A stretch of 64,000 nt of DNA from Botryllus schlosseri. Taxonomy: Eukaryota. The stretch is taken from NCBI GenBank assembly GCA_051294905.1, contig CM119378.1:28334001-28398000 (forward strand). Reading direction: 5' to 3'. The translations under genes and the position numbers were made by a program. The notes beneath the pieces are model-generated. The model searched no databases. It saw only the letters and a list, made by a program, of their open reading frames with translations, and was not told where the DNA came from. This document shows positions 25,580 through 39,187 of this stretch, in pieces; the first letter of the stretch is position 1; each line of letters opens with the position of its first letter.

Positions 25580-27482
25580 CACAATGATTCGAGTACTGGA
25601 ATCTGAAAAGAGTATTCATTAGGGTTGTTTGAAAAAAACTTTTTTTTCCAAATCTCACTCGCCTGGTGACTAAATCGTCAGGTTGTCCGAGAAAACAATG
25701 CACACCAAATTTGACTCAATTCCAACCAGTAAAAGCTGTGCAATCTTGAATTGAAATTTTTAATTTATTATTTAAAATTTAAAAAAAAATTCTCAAATTT
25801 TTCTGTCAACCCCATGAAATTGTTGAGCTGTCTTCAAAGACGATGCAAAACAAATTTGAGTCAATTCCGACTTGTAGAAGCGGAGTTATTCGAGTTTTTC
25901 GTTGATAATTCTGGTATTATAATGTACCTGTTTGACTTGCAAAGCAGATAATTCCAGTCTTTTGTTGGCAGTTTATTCTGGCATTCGTCCGAAAGTGATG
26001 ACGGCAATTTCAGTAGCTTCGCCAGTTCGTCTTTGTCACTTTCACCGGATGGAGTGATGAGAATGAATAAAACGGTTATTCCTATTGCTGAAGCATGATG
26101 TATTTGAAGCCTCAATTAATCTGAAATATCACGTCCAATGTATTTATCATTCCATTCGGTAATAATTCCTTTTCATACCATTATATCGAAGACTAAAATC
26201 TATGAATGAGTTTGCAATTTCAGGCGACAGTATGTTGTGTAGTACCACCAATGTTTGCTATGATCAGCAATATTGCTGTTTAGTAGCAAATTAATTTATT
26301 GCTGACAAAAAATAGCAAACACACAGTTTGTGATAGTTGCATAAGAGCCAATGATAATAATATTATTAATAATAATGTATTGCATAGGAATAACAATTTG
26401 AATGTATTACTGAAATTTTAAAAATTTACTCCAATCTCGCCATTTTCCTTTGGGGGCAGGTTGCTCCCCGGATTATGTGTGTATCTACCAGTTTTACTGT
26501 GAATAAAGAATATAATAATAATAATATTAATATTAATATTAATTAATCTCCATCAGTAGGATATAATTATAAAATGAACACTCATAATTTCAGTTGGCAG
26601 CAGCATTCAATACCGCACAAGATGCATTGAATATTAAAGGAAGCGGTATGGAAAGATATCAATAGTCAAGCAAATTTATGGGTATTTCAACTTTTAACCA
26701 GGGCGGCGAGCTAACATAACACATGAATAAAATCATCACTGTCGACTAATTCTGCCGGTCCAGAGGAGACGAGGCAATAATGATCAGGCTTACCTGTCAA
26801 GTTTTTGCTAATCCACACTTTGTACACTATACATGTCCATGGTGAACACTAATTGGTGGTGAACATGCAAGCACTTCTCAATGTTTACTAGCAGAACAAA
26901 CCACGAAAACGACTGCAATTGTTTTGAACTGTCCTACAGGCTACAGGGATTTCTGAACCGGTTATTATTTGCAAATCTGGTGTGACAACTTAGCTTACTT
27001 CTCACATGTCGTTCGAGCAGAGAAAATGTTTCCCAAGATGACATTGGCTATCAAAATTTGCACAGCCAACAGTATTGTGAACAATGCAGTAATAATTTCC
27101 ACATTAATAGAATAAAACTGTTAAATTGCCACCACTCAATAGTCAATACCACAGATGATAGTAGTATTAAACCCGACAGAAGATACATTGAAAATTAAAC
27201 TGCTGCGCAGCATAAAAAGGCAAAGTCGAAGAGGTGCAACTTTGACCTGAGAGAGCTGCTGCTGAGCATATTCATTATTCATGAATGAAATGTCAGCAAT
27301 AAATGAAATCATTGCTAACGAATGAATTACCAATGCAAGCTGGCCGGCCATACACATGTCAATGGGGAACTCAACTAAGATTGGTTTATGGTCTGCCATG
27401 AAGAATTACTGGTTCAATTAACAACGACTACAGTAACTCATGGACTTAACTCATGGACTTTAGGACTATAGGCCTACTTCTA

Positions 27483-27575
27483 CGGCGGCGGCAACGGCGG
27501 CGGCAACGGCAACGGCAGCGGCAGCGGCAGCGGCAGCAACAGCAACAACAACAACAACAACAAAAACAACCACCA
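27483..27575. repeat. Graded trinucleotide tract GGC to GCA to ACA
   Basis: cggcggcggcaacggc...ggcagcggcagc...aacaacaacaac read directly. Confidence 0.85.
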
Positions 27576-29173
27576 CAGCTAAACAAAAATTATGTATTCG
27601 TAACGGCTAACAGTACACAACAGTAAAGTACCGGTAGGTAATCGCCTATGCCAATGTGGGTGTCTGATTCCACAGCCTACCGCAAGTTGTTTCGACACCT
27701 TTCTATCTTTTCATTGCATCGAATTATTTGTGCTGCATTGAACTGATAAAATTGCTAATAAACCAAACTGATGATAAATCACAGCTTATCCAGAAATTTA
27801 ACCAAGACATAGGTCACATAGGTTAGTATTGCAGATACGGTGAATTTATTACCCCATGAACTATGACATATTATAGACTGAATTTAACTTGAAACAACTG
27901 CTAAAATGTAGGCGATTTTGGGAGACTATAGTGAAAAATTGTTGAAGTTTCAGTGCTATATAATTTTACATACAGGCCTAGGCTACAGCTATATTTTCAG
28001 TAATAGCATTTCGCTAAAGCATGATTATTCAGGTTAAAAATCAAGAGTTCCATTCAAAATATGGCCCTCGTTAGATTGAAATCACGCACGCAGACAGACG
28101 CATCTCAATATCCTGAGTGGAATTAGTTTGTCGTCAGTTAATACTCCTTACAATGACAACAAAATCAAAACTGAAAAGTACGTACATTTTACAACATTAT
28201 GTTATTAGTAAGTAATAATTAATTATGACCGTTAAATTGACAAGAAGAACATGACATTGACAATACCCTGAAACTGAACTGGGTCGAAAAACCGATCTTA
28301 AAAACTGATCAGAGAGGATAAAACATAAGACCTAAAACCCGTCTCGGCTCCCGGACCGTCAAGACACCTAGTGTTGACATACAGAAATAAAATCAACGTT
28401 TTTACACAACTGTATTCGAGATACGCACCTCAATACGATAAACAACGCATCAAATCGATATTTATGTCATTTTACCAGAAACAGGAACCTTTACTTATGA
28501 CCGTTATTGCTTGCAAACGACTTGCTGAGGCGAGCGACGCAATACACAATTCCCAATACAGAAGCCGGTCTGCCTGATGCGTGAATCAAAAAAGGCTGAG
28601 CGCACTCAGCCGCCTCTGTCAAGAGATACGTACCTTCAAATACAACCAAATACTCCAATGTCTGGTTCGTACGGAGCAGGGGCGTACTAGTACTTGGAGA
28701 GTCGTAAGTACTGGTGCGGGTAGAAAGGATCTCGTCTGTTACGTCTTACAGTTGGGACTTGCCGTCGCTTGGAATTTTGTTGCTCGGCACAATTCCGTTG
28801 TTCGCGCAAAGTTACAGTGTAAGTGTCGAGGTTCGGGTTCGACACGATTGGATAGTATTTACGGATGGATTGGCTGGAACAAAAGAAAACACATTTTCTG
28901 CATATCGAAAAAATGCTAACCCGTTGGCGCCCGCCCGACGAATGAGATCGTCCGATGCTACAGTCACAGTGCTACATCACAGAACGACACTCGGTGTGGT
29001 ATCGCCGACTACCTAAGCCTGTCGAAGCACGTATATATTACACTGTCGCTCGTGCAAGCAAAGGTTGGCAAAGCCGGAATTGCACCGAATTTCAAGCGAC
29101 GGGCGGTCGTTTTTAGACAGGCGCGAGTGCTGATAATTCTCCAACTCCTAGTAGTCCCCCTTGTCCGTTAAAT

Positions 29174-29245
29174 ATTCATCGGAGTATTTGGTTGTTATAA
29201 GGTTTGTATGCTTTTTCTTCTCTCGTTTGCCGAGTGCGCTCGGCT
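29174..29245 (+). ncRNA. Putative spliced-leader (SL) RNA gene, unit 1 (leader exon about 29174-29201, donor GT 29202)
   Basis: ATTCATCGGAGTATTTGGTTGTTATAAG|GTTTGT, then a U-tract and the perfect hairpin GCCGAG-TGCG-CTCGGC (29229-44). Resembles tunicate SL exons as I recall them (unverified). The 5' and 3' ends are uncertain. Confidence 0.65.
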
Positions 29246-30686
29246 CTTTCACGACAAATGACAAGTAAACCCGGTCCGTTTGATGTGGGGGGGGGGTAAA
29301 CGGTGGGAGTAATTCCCGAGTGAACGCGGCGGGACGAAGCCCGTAACGCAACACACAGCACGACACATTTTCTTTGTCCCGGTCCGTATTGAGGCGCGTC
29401 GAGTCGCGTTTGTCGCGGGCGGACAGGGCTATCGCGGCGGGTGTTTTTTTTTGATTCGTACTCGTTCGGGTCGGATTCCGTCGCATGTTTTGTTTGTGAT
29501 TTTGTTGTGGGTAGTTGTGTGACCAGACGTGAGTGTTGACTGCAAAGTCGTTTTGCCAAGTGGGTCCGAGCCAGTATATACATTACGTCAGATAACCCTA
29601 ACCTTGGCCTTTGTAAATACTAGTCTGCTCAGATGTACGATTGGGATTCTTCGGCACACGGTTGTTCGGTTCGATTCAGATTCCGAACGGCATTATTCGG
29701 AGTAGACTGCGAGTAGCTGGGGGTCTCTCGCGTTTGCCCGCTCGCGCTCGCTCGTAGTTGGGGGGGGGGGGGGGGCAGGCGTGCACAATGGCACGGGTAC
29801 TCAAAAATGAATCGAGTAACAATTTTCAAGATTCGAATCGTGTAGTGATACATGACTTCATAGCGTACTGAAATTATACGATCTTGTCGCTAAGGGTTGA
29901 ATTATAGTTTCGATGTAATTAGTTTTAAAACCTCGATTGGTCACGTGGCGGCATACGAAGCCGGGTGCGTCATTGTATATGAGATATCTGTGAAGTCGTG
30001 GTCGAGCCGCGGCAACAGTGACAATGCATGCGCAATTAAATGGGTACGCTCGAAAATATGCCTGACCTGCCGCAATTACATTTAATCCGATGCGAACACT
30101 CGACACGACTCGAAGCCCAATACACATTGTCGTCTACTTCTGACCCGGCGTTTCCGATATCTTATCGCTCTTTCAATTCAGAGTCCCAATTTCCGGTGCG
30201 GCGCTCGACGCTCAGGCTCTCGCTCTCCCCCGTGGCGAGCGACGGCCGATCAATGGGCTTTTGCCGCGCCGTAGTACTGGCTGGCGACGTGGCAGAACCG
30301 GGCTGCGTTCACCGCCTGACAGGTCTGAACTGCCCCTCGGATGAGCGCGGGTCCGATAGCGCTGCGGGTTTTGCTAGCTCCGCGAAACGCGGCTTTAGGA
30401 AGTAGAAGTGTTAATTTTGCACAGCTCGATCGAGCCGCCCCGCCGTCGAAAACCGGCCGTTTACGCAGCCGCGACGTCTCGCGCGGATCCGGAACGGGCG
30501 CGCCGGTCAGCGCGCGAACACGCTCCGCCCCGCGAACCGATTCGGATCGGTCGGCCACTTCCGGGGTCGTCGCCACGGCCCGGGTCACGACGAACACTAG
30601 CACAGAAAGCCGTGCCCCGACCGGCGTCGGCCGTCGCCGAGAGCTTTATCGTTTCGTTCGCGTCTGCTCGTTCGGCGGACGTTGGT

Positions 30687-30692
30687 TATATA
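30687..30692 (+). promoter_or_regulatory. H1 TATA-like box (repeated in every unit)
   Basis: TATATA about 80 bp upstream of the H1 ATG. Confidence 0.55.
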
Positions 30693-30767
30693 GTAATTTG
30701 CGCCTTTTCTCGACTTCTACAACAACTGCAGAAATATTCACCGTTCTATTTGTACGTACAAAGCACG

Positions 30768-31301
30768 ATGTCAGCCGCCAAGAAAACTACGACGACGCCG
30801 AGTCACGCTCCTTTCAAGGACATGATCGTCGCCGCCATCAGGAAGCTGGGCGACAAGAAAGGCTCCTCGCGCCAAGCCATCAAGAAGCACGTTTTGAGCA
30901 GCAACAAAGTCACCGAGCAGTCGACTAAAACCAACCTGAACCGGACTCTCGCAAAAATGCTCGCGTCCGGCCAGCTCGTCCACCCGAAGAACAGCACGGG
31001 ACGGTACAAGCTCGCCGCTCCGAAGGCCCCGGCCCAGCAGGCAGCCAAAAAGAAGACCGTCGTCGCCAAGAAGAAACCGGCCGCCAAGAAGGCCGCCGTC
31101 GGCAAGGAATCGACCAAAAAAACTGCGGCCAAAAAGCCCAAACCGAAGAAGACTCCCGTCAAGAAAGCAGCGGCCAAGAAATCGGCCACGGTCAAGAAGA
31201 GCGCCGCCAAAAAGCCGGCTTCCAAGAGACCCGCTTCGAAAAAGTCGCCGAAGAAAGTCGTCAAGAAGGCTGCCAAAAAGACCTCAGCCAAGAAGAAGTA
31301 A
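30768..31301 (+). CDS. H1: Histone H1, 177 aa (unit 1)
   Basis: MSAAKK...SHAPFKDMIVAAI...GSSRQAIKKH winged-helix domain and K/A/P-rich tail; 3' stem-loop follows. Confidence 0.96.
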   Translation: MSAAKKTTTTPSHAPFKDMIVAAIRKLGDKKGSSRQAIKKHVLSSNKVTEQSTKTNLNRTLAKMLASGQLVHPKNSTGRYKLAAPKAPAQQAAKKKTVVAKKKPAAKKAAVGKESTKKTAAKKPKPKKTPVKKAAAKKSATVKKSAAKKPASKRPASKKSPKKVVKKAAKKTSAKKK

Positions 31302-31335
31302 AAGCTTGCGTGTCGCCAACACCACCGCTATTAAC

Positions 31336-31351
31336 GGCTCTTTTCAGGGCC
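31336..31351 (+). promoter_or_regulatory. Histone 3' stem-loop, H1 (same in all units)
   Basis: GGCTCT-TTTC-AGGGCC. Confidence 0.9.
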
Positions 31352-31572
31352 ATCCAAAGTTGATGTTTACGCGTATAGAGTACGGGCCGACTGTCGCAAT
31401 ATCGCGACGGCGAGACTCGTATTTACAAACTACCCATTGAGTTAGTCGAGCGGTTGTACAAGTCGGGTGATTTATTGGAAAACTGATCGGGGTCTGTTTA
31501 CTGGTCAGTAGTATAATTATGTACTATACGACCGACCAAAATATTCTCTACACAGTTTCAACAAGTTCGGGT

Positions 31573-31588
31573 GGCTCTGAAAAGAGCC
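31573..31588 (-). promoter_or_regulatory. Histone 3' stem-loop, H4 (all units)
   Basis: Minus strand GGCTCT-TTTC-AGAGCC. Confidence 0.95.
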
Positions 31589-31620
31589 GTTGTTGTCTTG
31601 TGATCGCAGTAGCGAGTCGC

Positions 31621-31944
<324 letters not shown>

Positions 31945-32085
31945 TTACTGAAATTTTCAAACGTAAAATTACAGTAAGGTATCACTTTCAGCAACGAATG
32001 ATATGCGCCGCCACTCAACGCATTATGTCAACGTCGCCAGCGGACGTTCACGAAACGCTTTAACGCGCCAAATTCGACGGCCGAG

Positions 32086-32093
32086 TATAAATA
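32086..32093 (+). promoter_or_regulatory. H3 TATA box (all units)
   Basis: TATAAATA about 90 bp upstream of the H3 ATG, in the divergent H4/H3 promoter. Confidence 0.7.
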
Positions 32094-32104
32094 GCCTTGC
32101 GTGA

Positions 32105-32593
<489 letters not shown>

Positions 32594-32625
32594 GCTGCCG
32601 GCGATTAGCACGACGCAAAAGAAAC

Positions 32626-32641
32626 GGCTCTTTTCAGAGCC
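32626..32641 (+). promoter_or_regulatory. Histone 3' stem-loop, H3 (all units)
   Basis: GGCTCT-TTTC-AGAGCC. Confidence 0.95.
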
Positions 32642-32969
32642 ACCCGAACTATACGGTATCGAGAGAGCTTAGAATGGGCGCGCTGCTTTCAGTTTTATAA
32701 TTATTGTCATCGCGGCATGTTGCCTTCCGCAGCGTCCGTTTCACAGCGCGCGCACTACTTTGTAATACACAAACCAGTCTGGAAGATTCGCATCCCACGA
32801 ACCTCTAACAGCAGATAAGCTACCCATGTAATACACGAACCCGTCTCGTTCATCGCACCGCAGGTACCGGAAACGCAACTTACCACCTAGCGTAAATAAC
32901 AGAGTACGGCATAACAACTGAACTGATAACGCTCGCGAGAGCAAGCAATCAAAACGCACAAGAGCGGGT

Positions 32970-32985
32970 GGCCCTTACAAGGGCC
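32970..32985 (-). promoter_or_regulatory. Histone 3' stem-loop, H2B, with atypical UGUA loop (all units)
   Basis: Minus strand GGCCCT-TGTA-AGGGCC. Confidence 0.85.
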
Positions 32986-33019
32986 GTTGTTGTCGATTTT
33001 CGGCGTCGAGCACAACCAT

Positions 33020-33379
33020 CTACTTAGAGCTGGTGTACTTGGTGACGGCTTTGGTGCCTTCAGACACGGCGTGCTTGGCCAGTTCGCCGGGCAGCAAGAG
33101 CCTGACGGCGGTCTGGATCTCGCGGCTGCTGATGGTCGAGCGCTTGTTGTAGTGGGCGAGACGAGACGACTCGCTGGCGATCCTCTCGAACACGTCGTTG
33201 ACGAACGAGTTCATGATGCTCATGGCCTTGCTGGAGATTCCAGTATCGGGATGAACCTGCTTCAACACCTTGTAGATGTAGATGCTGAAGCTTTCCTTTC
33301 GCCTCGACTTTCTTTTCTTCTTGCCATCTTTCGGCGTTTGCTTTTTCACCAACTTCTTGCTTCCCTTAGACGCGACCAT
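33020..33379 (-). CDS. H2B: Histone H2B, 119 aa (unit 1)
   Basis: MVASKGSKK...[26 protein letters not shown]...AVTKYTSSK; ATG at 33379. Confidence 0.98.
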   Translation of the reverse strand: MVASKGSKKLVKKQTPKDGKKKRKSRRKESFSIYIYKVLKQVHPDTGISSKAMSIMNSFVNDVFERIASESSRLAHYNKRSTISSREIQTAVRLLLPGELAKHAVSEGTKAVTKYTSSK

Positions 33380-33416
33380 TTTGCTGTTTGTGATCGGCGT
33401 CAAGCCGCAGATCCGA

Positions 33417-33422
33417 TTTATA
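33417..33422 (-). promoter_or_regulatory. H2B TATA box (all units)
   Basis: Minus strand TATAAA about 40 bp upstream of the ATG. Confidence 0.6.
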
Positions 33423-33535
33423 GTCGGGCGTATGCTAATGATGCGAGTAGCAAAAGCACGAAACGAGACAGCCGCGTCACGGATTTTTTAGGCGCGCGAA
33501 ATAGCCGTCTCTCGTTTTATGTCACAACGTTGTGA

Positions 33536-33991
<456 letters not shown>

Positions 33992-34022
33992 GCGCATCGC
34001 AAAAGCCTTCATCATCACAAAC

Positions 34023-34038
34023 GGCACTTTTCAGTGCC
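34023..34038 (+). promoter_or_regulatory. Histone 3' stem-loop, H2A (all units)
   Basis: GGCACT-TTTC-AGTGCC. Confidence 0.9.
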
Positions 34039-34981
34039 ACCCGATCGAGCAGGTTTTATGAAATTGTATACACACTTACATGTCATTGCGCGCGCAGTAT
34101 ATTCATAAGACTGAGACTCGAGCGAGCCTAGAGTAGAGCGTTTTTAAAGCAATACTTGTATGGTTACGGCGATGTACATTGTCGAACAATTTTGATTTGG
34201 AATTGAATAGAATAGTGTTTACGGTGGCCAACTAGAATTAGACGCGCTCGACGGGTGGCGGGCGGTACGGCGGCGGCGCCGCCTTGATTGCTCAGCGGGT
34301 TTCTGTCACCGTTATTGCTTGCAAACGACTTGCTGAGGCGAGCGACGCAATACACAATTCCCAATACAGAAGCCGGTCTGCCTGATGCGTGAATCAAAAA
34401 AGGCTGAGCGCACTCAGCCGCCTCTGTCAAGAGATACGTACCTTCAAATACAACCAAATACTCCAATGTCTGGTTCGTACGGAGCAGGGGCGTACTAGTA
34501 CTTGGAGAGTCGTAAGTACTGGTGCGGGTAGAAAGGATCTCGTCTGTTACGTCTTACAGTTGGGACTTGCCGTCGCTTGGAATTTTGTTGCTCGGCACAA
34601 TTCCGTTGTTCGCGCAAAGTTACAGTGTAAGTGTCGAGGTTCGGGTTCGACACGATTGGATAGTATTTACGGATGGATTGGCTGGAACAAAAGAAAACAC
34701 ATTTTCTGCATATCGAAAAAATGCTAACCCGTTGGCGCCCGCCCGACGAATGAGATCGTCCGATGCTACAGTCACAGTGCTACATCACAGAACGACACTC
34801 GGTGTGGTATCGCCGACTACCTAAGCCTGTCGAAGCACGTATATATTACACTGTCGCTCGTGCAAGCAAAGGTTGGCAAAGCCGGAATTGCACCGAATTT
34901 CAAGCGACGGGCGGTCGTTTTTAGACAGGCGCGAGTGCTGATAATTCTCCAACTCCTAGTAGTCCCCCTTGTCCGTTAAAT

Positions 34982-35053
34982 ATTCATCGGAGTATTTGGT
35001 TGTTATAAGGTTTGTATGCTTTTTCTTCTCTCGTTTGCCGAGTGCGCTCGGCT
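34982..35053 (+). ncRNA. Putative SL RNA gene, unit 2
   Basis: Same sequence as 29174-29245. Confidence 0.65.
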
Positions 35054-36575
35054 CTTTCACGACAAATGACAAGTAAACCCGGTCCGTTTGATGTGGGGGG
35101 GGGGTAAACGGTGGGAGTAATTCCCGAGTGAACGCGGCGGGACGAAGCCCGTAACGCAACACACAGCACGACACATTTTCTTTGTCCCGGTCCGTATTGA
35201 GGCGCGTCGAGTCGCGTTTGTCGCGGGCGGACAGGGCTATCGCGGCGGGTGTTTTTTTTTGATTCGTACTCGTTCGGGTCGGATTCCGTCGCATGTTTTG
35301 TTTGTGATTTTGTTGTGGGTAGTTGTGTGACCAGACGTGAGTGTTGACTGCAAAGTCGTTTTGCCAAGTGGGTCCGAGCCAGTATATACATTACGTCAGA
35401 TAACCCTAACCTTGGCCTTTGTAAATACTAGTCTGCTCAGATGTACGATTGGGATTCTTCGGCACACGGTTGTTCGGTTCGATTCAGATTCCGAACGGCA
35501 TTATTCGGAGTAGACTGCGAGTAGCTGGGGGTCTCTCGCGTTTGCCCGCTCGCGCTCGCTCGTAGTTGGGGGGGGGGGGGGGGCAGGCGTGCACAATGGC
35601 ACGGGTACTCAAAAATGAATCGAGTAACAATTTTCAAGATTCGAATCGTGTAGTGATACATGACTTCATAGCGTACTGAAATTATACGATCTTGTCGCTA
35701 AGGGTTGAATTATAGTTTCGATGTAATTAGTTTTAAAACCTCGATTGGTCACGTGGCGGCATACGAAGCCGGGTGCGTCATTGTATATGAGATATCTGTG
35801 AAGTCGTGGTCGAGCCGCGGCAACAGTGACAATGCATGCGCAATTAAATGGGTACGCTCGAAAATATGCCTGACCTGCCGCAATTACATTTAATCCGATG
35901 CGAACACTCGACACGACTCGAAGCCCAATACACATTGTCGTCTACTTCTGACCCGGCGTTTCCGATATCTTATCGCTCTTTCAATTCAGAGTCCCAATTT
36001 CCGGTGCGGCGCTCGACGCTCAGGCTCTCGCTCTCCCCCGTGGCGAGCGACGGCCGATCAATGGGCTTTTGCCGCGCCGTAGTACTGGCTGGCGACGTGG
36101 CAGAACCGGGCTGCGTTCACCGCCTGACAGGTCTGAACTGCCCCTCGGATGAGCGCGGGTCCGATAGCGCTGCGGGTTTTGCTAGCTCCGCGAAACGCGG
36201 CTTTAGGAAGTAGAAGTGTTAATTTTGCACAGCTCGATCGAGCCGCCCCGCCGTCGAAAACCGGCCGTTTACGCAGCCGCGACGTCTCGCGCGGATCCGG
36301 AACGGGCGCGCCGGTCAGCGCGCGAACACGCTCCGCCCCGCGAACCGATTCGGATCGGTCGGCCACTTCCGGGGTCGTCGCCACGGCCCGGGTCACGACG
36401 AACACTAGCACAGAAAGCCGTGCCCCGACCGGCGTCGGCCGTCGCCGAGAGCTTTATCGTTTCGTTCGCGTCTGCTCGTTCGGCGGACGTTGGTTATATA
36501 GTAATTTGCGCCTTTTCTCGACTTCTACAACAACTGCAGAAATATTCACCGTTCTATTTGTACGTACAAAGCACG

Positions 36576-37109
36576 ATGTCAGCCGCCAAGAAAACTACGA
36601 CGACGCCGAGTCACGCTCCTTTCAAGGACATGATCGTCGCCGCCATCAGGAAGCTGGGCGACAAGAAAGGCTCCTCGCGCCAAGCCATCAAGAAGCACGT
36701 TTTGAGCAGCAACAAAGTCACCGAGCAGTCGACTAAAACCAACCTGAACCGGACTCTCGCAAAAATGCTCGCGTCCGGCCAGCTCGTCCACCCGAAGAAC
36801 AGCACGGGACGGTACAAGCTCGCCGCTCCGAAGGCCCCGGCCCAGCAGGCAGCCAAAAAGAAGACCGTCGTCGCCAAGAAGAAACCGGCCGCCAAGAAGG
36901 CCGCCGTCGGCAAGGAATCGACCAAAAAAACTGCGGCCAAAAAGCCCAAACCGAAGAAGACTCCCGTCAAGAAAGCAGCGGCCAAGAAATCGGCCACGGT
37001 CAAGAAGAGCGCCGCCAAAAAGCCGGCTTCCAAGAGACCCGCTTCGAAAAAGTCGCCGAAGAAAGTCGTCAAGAAGGCTGCCAAAAAGACCTCAGCCAAG
37101 AAGAAGTAA
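36576..37109 (+). CDS. H1: Histone H1 (unit 2)
   Basis: Same protein as unit 1. Confidence 0.96.
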   Translation: MSAAKKTTTTPSHAPFKDMIVAAIRKLGDKKGSSRQAIKKHVLSSNKVTEQSTKTNLNRTLAKMLASGQLVHPKNSTGRYKLAAPKAPAQQAAKKKTVVAKKKPAAKKAAVGKESTKKTAAKKPKPKKTPVKKAAAKKSATVKKSAAKKPASKRPASKKSPKKVVKKAAKKTSAKKK

Positions 37110-37428
37110 AAGCTTGCGTGTCGCCAACACCACCGCTATTAACGGCTCTTTTCAGGGCCATCCAAAGTTGATGTTTACGCGTATAGAGTACGGGCCGACT
37201 GTCGCAATATCGCGACGGCGAGACTCGTATTTACAAACTACCCATTGAGTTAGTCGAGCGGTTGTACAAGTCGGGTGATTTATTGGAAAACTGATCGGGG
37301 TCTGTTTACTGGTCAGTAGTATAATTATGTACTATACGACCGACCAAAATATTCTCTACACAGTTTCAACAAGTTCGGGTGGCTCTGAAAAGAGCCGTTG
37401 TTGTCTTGTGATCGCAGTAGCGAGTCGC

Positions 37429-37752
<324 letters not shown>

Positions 37753-37912
37753 TTACTGAAATTTTCAAACGTAAAATTACAGTAAGGTATCACTTTCAGC
37801 AACGAATGATATGCGCCGCCACTCAACGCATTATGTCAACGTCGCCAGCGGACGTTCACGAAACGCTTTAACGCGCCAAATTCGACGGCCGAGTATAAAT
37901 AGCCTTGCGTGA

Positions 37913-38401
<489 letters not shown>

Positions 38402-38827
38402 GCTGCCGGCGATTAGCACGACGCAAAAGAAACGGCTCTTTTCAGAGCCACCCGAACTATACGGTATCGAGAGAGCTTAGAATGGGCGCGCTGCTTTCAG
38501 TTTTATAATTATTGTCATCGCGGCATGTTGCCTTCCGCAGCGTCCGTTTCACAGCGCGCGCACTACTTTGTAATACACAAACCAGTCTGGAAGATTCGCA
38601 TCCCACGAACCTCTAACAGCAGATAAGCTACCCATGTAATACACGAACCCGTCTCGTTCATCGCACCGCAGGTACCGGAAACGCAACTTACCACCTAGCG
38701 TAAATAACAGAGTACGGCATAACAACTGAACTGATAACGCTCGCGAGAGCAAGCAATCAAAACGCACAAGAGCGGGTGGCCCTTACAAGGGCCGTTGTTG
38801 TCGATTTTCGGCGTCGAGCACAACCAT

Positions 38828-39187
38828 CTACTTAGAGCTGGTGTACTTGGTGACGGCTTTGGTGCCTTCAGACACGGCGTGCTTGGCCAGTTCGCCGGGC
38901 AGCAAGAGCCTGACGGCGGTCTGGATCTCGCGGCTGCTGATGGTCGAGCGCTTGTTGTAGTGGGCGAGACGAGACGACTCGCTGGCGATCCTCTCGAACA
39001 CGTCGTTGACGAACGAGTTCATGATGCTCATGGCCTTGCTGGAGATTCCAGTATCGGGATGAACCTGCTTCAACACCTTGTAGATGTAGATGCTGAAGCT
39101 TTCCTTTCGCCTCGACTTTCTTTTCTTCTTGCCATCTTTCGGCGTTTGCTTTTTCACCAACTTCTTGCTTCCCTTAGACGCGACCAT
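38828..39187 (-). CDS. H2B: Histone H2B (unit 2)
   Basis: Same protein as unit 1. Confidence 0.98.
   Translation of the reverse strand: MVASKGSKKLVKKQTPKDGKKKRKSRRKESFSIYIYKVLKQVHPDTGISSKAMSIMNSFVNDVFERIASESSRLAHYNKRSTISSREIQTAVRLLLPGELAKHAVSEGTKAVTKYTSSK

Noticed and set aside
25251-25703. Poly-X ORFs
   Set aside because: Artefact of the N gap.
28581-30405. 60-135-aa ORFs in the histone spacer, repeated in every unit
   Set aside because: They recur only because the unit is duplicated; no recognisable domains.
30408-30767. 120-codon N-terminal extension of H1 (297-aa ORF)
   Set aside because: It starts at a non-ATG codon and runs through the GC-rich promoter and the TATA box at 30687. The first ATG (30768) gives a normal H1.
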